Assembly (NCBI GenBank): GCA_963707395.1
Contig: CAVPPQ010000002.1
Coordinates: 195,474 to 259,473 of the forward strand
DNA from: an uncultured Chloroflexia bacterium
GTDB lineage: Bacteria; Chloroflexota; Limnocylindria; Limnocylindrales; CSP1-4
Length of the DNA: 64,000 nt
Reading direction: 5' to 3'
Position 1 is the first letter of the stretch. The number at the start of each line of letters is the position of its first letter. The notes below the pieces were generated by a model. The model had not been told where the DNA came from, ran no database searches, and saw only the letters and a list, made by a program, of their open reading frames with translations. Both the position numbers and the translations under genes were made by a program. This document shows positions 58,205 to 64,000 of this stretch, piece after piece.

Positions 58205-59270
58205 GACCATCCCCGCAGCGTCCCTGGATGTGACCGCCCTCGACCTGGGGGAGGCACGTTCCATCACCGCCCGGTACGTGCAGGCTGGCACGCTGCCATG
58301 CGCGAGCTTCGGGCTGGTCGATGCGGCCGGGCGCACCGCGACGCAGATCGTGGCCGCACCGGGCCTGCGCGTCGCCGAGGACTCGGTGTTCTTCCTGGCA
58401 TCCATCAGCAAGGCCATCGTGGCCACGGCGGTCATGCAGTACGTGGACGAGGGGCGCCTCGATGTGCACGCGCCGCTGGTCCGCTACCTGCCCGAGCTCC
58501 GGGGCGGCGTCGACGGCGTCAGCGCCTGGCACGTGCTGACGCACACCTCCGGCCTGCCGGACATCCCCGTGGAGACGCTGCGGCGCGAGCGACCGGCCTA
58601 TCGCAGCACCGTCGCGTTCGTGGCCGCCAGCCGGCCCGCCTGGCCGCCCGGCAGCCGCTACGAGTACAACTCGGCCGCCTGGGTGCTGCTCTCCGAGGTG
58701 ATGGCGCGTCTCAGCGGGATGCCCTTCGCCGAGGCGCTCGCGCTGCGCCTGACGCGGCCGCTGGGCATGGTCGACACGAGCTTCGATGGGCGCCCGAGGC
58801 GCTCGCGCATCGTGCGGGTGCGGGGCTCGCGGATGGACAACCGACTGGTGCAGGAGCTGCTGCTGCGCTTCCTGGCCCGGGCCCAGCTGCCGGGCGGGGG
58901 CCTCTTCGGCAGCCTCCCGGACCTCCTGCGCCTGGGAGGCGCACTGCTACCGCCCATCGACGCCTCGAGCGGCCCCCGCGTCCTGAGCCAGGCGGCCATC
59001 GACGAGATGGCGCGCAGCCAGGCGGAGGGCCTCACGCACGAGGGCCAGGACGGGCGCGTCCACGAGATCCGGCAGGGCCTGGGTTGGCGGAAGCCACAGC
59101 CCGAGTGGCCCGGGTCGGAGCGGGCATTCACGCACGGGGGCATCTCTGGCGGTCGGCTCTGGGTCGACCCGGAGGCCGGCTTCGCCTTCGCCTTTCTCAC
59201 CAACCTCTGGCAGGCGCCGCTGACGCCGGCGATCGAGACCCTCGAGGCCGTCTACCGGGCCCGCGGCTGA
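58203..59270 (+). CDS. serine hydrolase, beta-lactamase/esterase (class C-like) family
   Basis: SxxK motif ASISK, then YxN/HTSG regions. Start at the internal ATG (MTIPAAS). Confidence 0.75.
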   Translation: MTIPAASLDVTALDLGEARSITARYVQAGTLPCASFGLVDAAGRTATQIVAAPGLRVAEDSVFFLASISKAIVATAVMQYVDEGRLDVHAPLVRYLPELRGGVDGVSAWHVLTHTSGLPDIPVETLRRERPAYRSTVAFVAASRPAWPPGSRYEYNSAAWVLLSEVMARLSGMPFAEALALRLTRPLGMVDTSFDGRPRRSRIVRVRGSRMDNRLVQELLLRFLARAQLPGGGLFGSLPDLLRLGGALLPPIDASSGPRVLSQAAIDEMARSQAEGLTHEGQDGRVHEIRQGLGWRKPQPEWPGSERAFTHGGISGGRLWVDPEAGFAFAFLTNLWQAPLTPAIETLEAVYRARG

Positions 59271-59272
59271 GC

Positions 59273-59686
59273 TCAGGGAGCGGCGCCCTCGTCGGTCGCG
59301 AAGGCGCGCAGCTGGTCCACGCAGACGGCCCGGCGGCGCTCCACCTGGCGAACGATCCAGGGATCCACGCGGGCGCTGTCCTCGATGCGCAGCTCCGGAC
59401 CGGTGGGACCGTCCTGCAGCAGGATCCCATCACTCGTGCGGTAGTCGGACCGCCAGTCGGCCTGCAGTTGCACGGCGGAGGCGACGACCACCGCCCGCGA
59501 GAAGGACCAGTCGAGATGCTCGGCGTTGAGACGGTCGACGATGTCACGGACGCGGATCAGCTCGGCGCGGGGGAGGCGCGCCAGCAGGTGGACGACGCGA
59601 AGGTCGGCGAAGGGGTCACCGGGGGCCGCCACGACGGGTGGCTGGAGGCTGGCGTCGGGCAGGCCGGGAGGCTCCCTGAGCCGCAT
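59273..59686 (-). CDS. hypothetical protein (137 aa)
   Basis: ATGA overlap with the upstream gene. No motif recognised. Confidence 0.4.
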   Translation of the reverse strand: MRLREPPGLPDASLQPPVVAAPGDPFADLRVVHLLARLPRAELIRVRDIVDRLNAEHLDWSFSRAVVVASAVQLQADWRSDYRTSDGILLQDGPTGPELRIEDSARVDPWIVRQVERRRAVCVDQLRAFATDEGAAP

Positions 59687-60111
59687 CAGACCTCCTCGCG
59701 ATCCTCGCCGCTGCCGGCCGGTCCGCGCCGCACCGCCAGGTAGCTGCCCGGCGGGACGTCGGCCAGGAGCGGCCGCACGACGTCCAGGACGCCGTCGGCG
59801 TCCGTGCCCACGAGTCGGATGGCCAGGTAGCCCGCCTCGAGCGAGTTGGAGTCGTGCTCGCCCACGCCAGACGCGTCGAGCGCGCGCATGAGACCGTTCT
59901 CCAGCGCGAAGAGCCGCTGCTGCTCACGAACGGACTCGAAGGCCGGGTCCGCGAGGCGCAGCCAGACGGTCACCCGATGCTTGTCGGCGTTGGCGTCGAA
60001 CGTGGCCTCGTGGGCGGTACGCCACTCCGCCTCATCGTCCCCGATCGCCGACGACGACGCGCGCGCCTCGCCGTCCCCGGACCCGCCGAAGAGCCGCCGC
60101 AGGAAGCCCAC
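59686..60111 (-). CDS. hypothetical protein (141 aa)
   Basis: GTG start 5 nt downstream of the KamA stop. No motif recognised. Confidence 0.4.
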   Translation of the reverse strand: MGFLRRLFGGSGDGEARASSSAIGDDEAEWRTAHEATFDANADKHRVTVWLRLADPAFESVREQQRLFALENGLMRALDASGVGEHDSNSLEAGYLAIRLVGTDADGVLDVVRPLLADVPPGSYLAVRRGPAGSGEDREEV

Positions 60112-60116
60112 CGTGG

Positions 60117-61682
60117 CTAGAGGAGCTCTCCGTGCGCGGAGGCCGTGGGCTCGCCCTCGCGGGGCCGCGGCTCCTCACCCGGACCGAAGGCGGCGGCGCC
60201 ATCCCTGCCGTCGCCCTGGGACCCGGCACCGGTGCCGAGCTCGGGCAGTGGCCGGCCGGCCTGACCCTCGATGGCACCCACACCGTAGGGCACCCACTTC
60301 TCCGGCGACTGCAGGCGGTGCTGCTCCTCGTTGCCGCGGGCGTGAAGCTGGGCAAAGCCTGATGGCTCGATCCACATGGCATCACCCTGGAGGAGGGCGT
60401 GGACGCCGCCCTGTCCCGGCTCGGAGCGCTCGGAGCGGCACCAGGCGCAGCTGGCGCGCTGGTGGGCCTGGTAGTCCGTGGGCTCCTCGTAGGTCGTGAT
60501 GTAGCCCTCGTAGTTGCGCAGGATGACCTTGTGATCCGAGTAGCTGATGAGGTAGTTGGGCATGACCGGGATCTTGCCGCCGCCGCCGGGCGCGTCGATG
60601 ACGTAGGTCGGCACCGCATAGCCGCTGGTGTGCCCGCGCAGGCCCTCGATGATCTCGAGACCCTTGCCCACCGGCGTGCGGAAGTGCCCGGAGCCCTCCA
60701 CGAGATCGCACTGGTAGAGGTAGTAGGGGCGGATGCGGTTCTCGACCAGCTTGTGGACCAGCGAGCGCTGGATGTGCACGCAGTCGTTGACGCCGGCCAG
60801 CAGCACCGACTGGTTGCCGATGGGGATGCCGGCGCGTGCCAGCATGTCCACCGCGCGGGAGACCTCCGGGGTGATCTCGTTGGGGTGGTTGAAGTGGAGG
60901 TTCATCCAGAGCGGGTGGTAGCGGGCGAGCATCTCGCAGAGCTCGTCATCCACGCGCTGCGGCAGGAACACCGGGACGCGGGTGCCGATGCGCACGATCT
61001 CGATGTGGGGGATCTCGCGCAGGCCGCGCAGCACGCGCTCCAGCAGCTTGGGGGCCATCGTCAGCGGATCCCCGCCAGAGAGGAGCACGTCACGCACCTG
61101 GGGCGTGCGGCGCAGGTAGTCGAGCTGCGCCTCGAAGTCGCGCGTGTTGAAGTTCTGGGCCGCGTCGCCCACGATGCGTGAGCGGGTGCAGTAGCGGCAG
61201 TAGGAGGCGCACTGCGTGGTCACCAGCATCAGCACGCGGTCCGGGTAGCGGTGCACGAGGCCAGGCACGGGCGAATGGCGGTCTTCGGCCAGCGAGTCCT
61301 CCATCATGGCCGTGAAGGCCTCCTGCTCGCGCCCGAGAGGCATGACCTGGCGGCGGATGGGGTCGTCCGGGTCAGCCGGGTCCACGAGGCTGATGAAGTA
61401 GGGCGTGATGTCCACCCGGAACTTGTCCGGTGCACCGAGGCCCTCGCGCTCCTCGTTGGTCAGCTCCAGGATCTGGGCGAACGTCTCCAGGTCGTTGACG
61501 CGGTTGGAGAGCTGCCAGCGCCAGTCGTGCCACTGCTCGTCTGGCACGTCAGCGTAGAAGGGAGCGCGGCGGCTGCGGGCAGGTCGGCCATCGGCGCCCA
61601 AGGCGCGCGCGGGGTCTCGCGGGTTGACCCAGTCGTCCTGTCCGGGTGCTCGCTCCACGGTGGCGTCGGTCGCGTCCTGCAT
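60117..61682 (-). CDS. kamA: lysine 2,3-aminomutase family radical-SAM protein (KamA-like) with ~100-aa C-terminal extension
   Basis: CASYCRYCTRS (CxxxCxxC) radical-SAM motif, and KamA blocks VLLSGGDPL, PYYLYQCD, GYAVPTYVID. Start set at MQDATD. Confidence 0.8.
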   Translation of the reverse strand: MQDATDATVERAPGQDDWVNPRDPARALGADGRPARSRRAPFYADVPDEQWHDWRWQLSNRVNDLETFAQILELTNEEREGLGAPDKFRVDITPYFISLVDPADPDDPIRRQVMPLGREQEAFTAMMEDSLAEDRHSPVPGLVHRYPDRVLMLVTTQCASYCRYCTRSRIVGDAAQNFNTRDFEAQLDYLRRTPQVRDVLLSGGDPLTMAPKLLERVLRGLREIPHIEIVRIGTRVPVFLPQRVDDELCEMLARYHPLWMNLHFNHPNEITPEVSRAVDMLARAGIPIGNQSVLLAGVNDCVHIQRSLVHKLVENRIRPYYLYQCDLVEGSGHFRTPVGKGLEIIEGLRGHTSGYAVPTYVIDAPGGGGKIPVMPNYLISYSDHKVILRNYEGYITTYEEPTDYQAHQRASCAWCRSERSEPGQGGVHALLQGDAMWIEPSGFAQLHARGNEEQHRLQSPEKWVPYGVGAIEGQAGRPLPELGTGAGSQGDGRDGAAAFGPGEEPRPREGEPTASAHGELL

Positions 61683-61775
61683 GGGCCGCGATGATACCCC
61701 CGACACGACGTTTCCCCGGGGGGCGCGGTGGCCTGCCGCACCACGCCAGTGCCTGGAGCCTGGGTCCGGTGTCTT

Positions 61776-61806
61776 GACACACCGACCCCAGTGGCTCATA
61801 AGTGCC
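61776..61806 (+). promoter_or_regulatory. possible promoter (TTGACA-17/18 nt-CATAAG/TAAGTG) upstream of the first Flp pilin gene
   Basis: Good -35 hexamer, weak -10. About 300-nt leader to the 62103 start. Confidence 0.2.
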
Positions 61807-62102
61807 ATACCGTCAGCGGACCCGGAGCGGTACGTTGTCGTTGCCTGGACCCGCGTGGCCGTGAAGGCCCCGGTCGCGAGCCGGCGCATTCATCCATCCT
61901 CGGACAGCCGAATACGAAGGACGGGCACCGACCGAGCGGCGCCCGGGCCCTGTCCCCCGGCATCGCATCCTGAGCAGGCACGCGCTTCATCATCATCCTC
62001 GCGGTGGCTGCAGGGAACGGTCGCTCGGTCCGCATCGGATCGAGGGCAGCGGGCCGGCGGCCAGGTTCGTGAGCGAACTGTCCACCATCGGAGACACAGA
62101 CG

Positions 62103-62561
62103 ATGGAAACGCTTCGGAGCACGCTTGGCGCATTGGCCGACTGGGCCGCTCGCCGCGTCGTGTGGTTCAGATCCACGCTCGATGCCGCGCTGGCGGGCCG
62201 TCCCGACTCCGAGCGCGGACAGGGCCTGGCCGAGTACGCGCTCATCCTGTCACTCATCGCCGTCGCCGTCATCGGCGCGCTGACGTTCTTCGGACAGCAA
62301 CTCGATGGGCGTCTTCCTGGACCCGATCAACGCGGAGACATCAAGGTCTTCGACGGGATGCCTCGCGCCTCGGGTCGAGCCCTCACAAGGCGCTCGATCG
62401 GTGCCAACGAGCGGCCGGAGTTCGGTCACTGCGGGAGCGCGGCGGTTGATAGCTCCGGCGCCACGGCCTGGGACGACTGCGAACCCTGGGCTACGTCCTC
62501 GCCCTGCTCCTGCTGGGGTCGTCACGGCGCATCGAGCGCTAGGCGTCACCGCGGGGGCTAG
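62103..62561 (+). CDS. Flp/Fap pilin-like protein (Flp motif encoded at ~62217-62304); C-terminal part of ORF doubtful
   Basis: ERG/QGLAEYALILSLIAVAVIGALTFFG matches the G/XXXXEY Flp prepilin motif plus hydrophobic core. The ORF then runs another ~85 aa through a duplicated fragment, which is atypical. Confidence 0.5.
   Translation: METLRSTLGALADWAARRVVWFRSTLDAALAGRPDSERGQGLAEYALILSLIAVAVIGALTFFGQQLDGRLPGPDQRGDIKVFDGMPRASGRALTRRSIGANERPEFGHCGSAAVDSSGATAWDDCEPWATSSPCSCWGRHGASSARRHRGG
62469..62518. repeat. 50-bp direct repeat copy 1 (matches 62788-62837 with 2 differences)
   Basis: tgggacgactgcgaaccctgggctacgtcctcgccctgctcctgctggg versus copy 2 tgggaccgactgcgcaccctgggctacgtcctcgccctgctcctgctggg. 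Confidence 0.8.
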
Positions 62562-62781
62562 CTTCCGGCCCGTGCTTGAGGAGAGGCGATTGCGACACCC
62601 CGCCTTGGTGAGTGCCTCGACCGATCGGACGCCGCTCATCGAGCGTGGCGTCACGCGGCGGACCGCTGCTCGCGCCGTACGGACACGTGCGATGCGACGC
62701 CCTTCCCACAAGAGACGCTACGCCTCTGCCACGACAGCTGGCCTTCCCGGCGACTCGGCCGTTTGCTAGACTCCGGACGCC

Positions 62782-63177
62782 ATGACTTGGGACCGACTGC
62801 GCACCCTGGGCTACGTCCTCGCCCTGCTCCTGCTGGGCGTGGTCGTCTTCTCGCTGTACGGCGCCTTCCGCACGGAGCTCGAGAAGAGCCACTTCATCGG
62901 CTTCCTCGGTGGGGTCGTGCTGGGCACGATCATGGTGAGCCTCATCGTGATCATCCTCATCGTCCCGGAGCGGCGACGGACCGCCTGGGTCCAGGCCATC
63001 ACGACCGTCAACGCCAAGTACCTGTTCCTGGCGCTGATCATCGGCTGGGCGCTCGCCATGGGCCTGCTGGCCAGCCTGCAACTCGAGGTCAACACGGTCG
63101 GGGTCCCGGCGCTCATCGGCCTCTTCGCCGGCATCTTCATCTTCATGGGCTTCATCTGGTCCGTCATCGGCGAGTAG
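62782..63177 (+). CDS. small polytopic membrane protein (131 aa) within Flp pilin gene cluster
   Basis: 4 TM segments. Its 5' end is the second copy of the 50-bp repeat. Confidence 0.5.
   Translation: MTWDRLRTLGYVLALLLLGVVVFSLYGAFRTELEKSHFIGFLGGVVLGTIMVSLIVIILIVPERRRTAWVQAITTVNAKYLFLALIIGWALAMGLLASLQLEVNTVGVPALIGLFAGIFIFMGFIWSVIGE
62788..62837. repeat. 50-bp direct repeat copy 2
   Basis: See copy 1. Confidence 0.8.
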
Positions 63178-63281
63178 GGATGGACCGGCCGACGGGGTCG
63201 GGTCCATGACAGGACCGTCGGGTCGTGCAGGGTGGGACACGGTGACACCGCCGACGTCGCGGCGACTGGGGCAGCTCAGAG

Positions 63282-63476
63282 ATGAGGCCAGCCAGGCACT
63301 ACCTCGACCGACTCCTGGGGCATGGCGAGGACGGCGACCATCTGCTCGAGTACGCGTTCATCGCTCTCCTCATCATCGTCGTCGCCGTGCTCGCCCTCGT
63401 CTTCCTCGGTGACGCCGTCGCGGAGTTGATCTCGCTCATCGGTGGCCGAGTCGACGAGGTGACCGTCACCAAGTAG
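63282..63476 (+). CDS. Flp/Fap pilin component (64 aa)
   Basis: GDHLLEYAFIALLIIVVAVLALVFLG Flp motif; typical size. Confidence 0.75.
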   Translation: MRPARHYLDRLLGHGEDGDHLLEYAFIALLIIVVAVLALVFLGDAVAELISLIGGRVDEVTVTK

Positions 63477-63754
63477 GACCCACCGTCCCGCTCCCCGCCG
63501 GATCCGCACCGGGGCGCAGGGGCCGAAGGTCACGGGCGGGGACCCCCCAGAGGTGCCATCGACGGGCGCGCACACCCAGGACCATCATCCCGCCACTGAG
63601 GACGTGCGGCCATCATGCTGGTCGTCCCAGTGGACAGCTTGCGGCGGGGCTGTACCATCCGCCGTGCACGGGTGCTTCATGGCCCCGAGCGCATTCATCC
63701 ATCTCGGCGCCCGGCACCGCCGGATCGCCACCAGGAATAGGGAGGACCATCCGA

Positions 63755-64000
63755 ATGGTCGACTTCATGCTTCGCCAGTACGTGGCGCTTCAGAACTTCG
63801 TCGTCGACCGCGACGAGGAGGGCCAGGGCCTGGCTGAGTACGCGCTCATCCTGGCGCTCATCGCCATCGTCGCGATCGTCGCGCTGACCTTCCTGGGCGG
63901 CAAGATCAACAGCATCCTCAGCGACGATCGGCACGGCAGATCTAGCGCAGCGGCCTCGCAGCGAGCCGTACGACGGCCCGTCCCCTCGGGGACGGGCCGT
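63755..64000 (+). CDS. Flp/Fap pilin component, 3' end not reached in window
   Basis: ATG 8 nt after GGGAGGA. GQGLAEYALILALIAIVAIVALTFLGG Flp motif. No in-frame stop before the window end. Confidence 0.65.
   Translation, partial: MVDFMLRQYVALQNFVVDRDEEGQGLAEYALILALIAIVAIVALTFLGGKINSILSDDRHGRSSAAASQRAVRRPVPSGTGR
63973..64000 (+). terminator. strong GC hairpin (12-bp stem ACGGCCCGTCCC / GGGACGGGCCGT, 4-nt loop) at window edge
   Basis: Perfect inverted repeat. The downstream U-tract cannot be assessed because the window ends. Confidence 0.3.

Noticed and set aside
62103-62561. Treating the whole 152-aa ORF as a long Flp pilin
   Set aside because: Only residues ~39-70 are pilin-like. The remainder is Cys/Trp/Arg-rich and crosses the duplicated 50-bp fragment. 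A shorter product, or a local assembly problem, is more likely.
1-64000. Mobile elements, integrases, transposases, phage genes, defence systems (RM, Cas, abortive infection)
   Set aside because: No ORF with recognisable transposase DDE, integrase tyrosine-recombinase or Cas/RM motifs. GC content appears uniform. The region looks like core chromosome.

Overview
This is a high-GC (about 70%) bacterial chromosomal segment whose gene content looks Actinomycetota-like (CysO/Mec-type cysteine synthesis, Thermus-type isocitrate dehydrogenase, MarR/IclR/LuxR-LAL regulators). It is densely coding on both strands, and alternate frames carry many long spurious ORFs. I found no rRNA or tRNA genes, CRISPR arrays, transposases or integrases. 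The order along the window is as follows. (1) An MFS exporter, a ~70-bp intergenic tandem repeat, and assorted small enzymes (SGNH hydrolase, SDR, RibA). (2) An IclR-regulated catabolic cluster: thiamine-PP enzyme, sugar ABC transporter, Gfo/Idh/MocA oxidoreductase and an RpiB-like isomerase. (3) Housekeeping and stress genes: methyltransferase, Tag glycosylase, MarR, a GT87-like membrane protein, NUDIX, isocitrate dehydrogenase with a C-terminal extra domain, P-type ATPase, PPK2 and an alpha/beta hydrolase. (4) A LuxR-LAL regulator next to a small membrane protein and a DUF1269-N-domain-like gene followed by a translationally coupled 68-aa peptide made of three 17-aa Gly/Ala/Val repeats. (5) A sulfur cluster: SulP/STAS permease, rhodanese and a cytoplasmic DszB-like (desulfinase-fold) protein. 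(6) A nucleoside salvage island: nucleoside hydrolase, an ECF-type transporter with an unusually large S component and one Walker-A-degenerate ATPase, a BMP-family nucleoside ABC importer and an Fcy1-like cytosine deaminase. (7) The locus I consider most interesting, all on the minus strand: an Rrf2 regulator, then SufC-SufS-SufU with no sufB/sufD, then a rhodanese-N-terminal/E1-C-terminal MoeZ-like protein, then CysO ending in GG-Arg, then CysM and a JAMM/Mec protease. It reads as sulfur-mobilisation genes wired to sulfur-carrier-protein cysteine synthesis. (8) DUF4389, BI-1, a PduO adenosyltransferase, SufT-like, a DUF433 pair, a serine hydrolase, and an extended KamA radical-SAM aminomutase with two unknown partner genes. 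(9) At least three Flp/Tad-type pilin genes with a 50-bp duplicated fragment. Two genes (IclR, one ABC permease) carry single-base frameshifts; these may be real pseudogenes or homopolymer sequencing errors.
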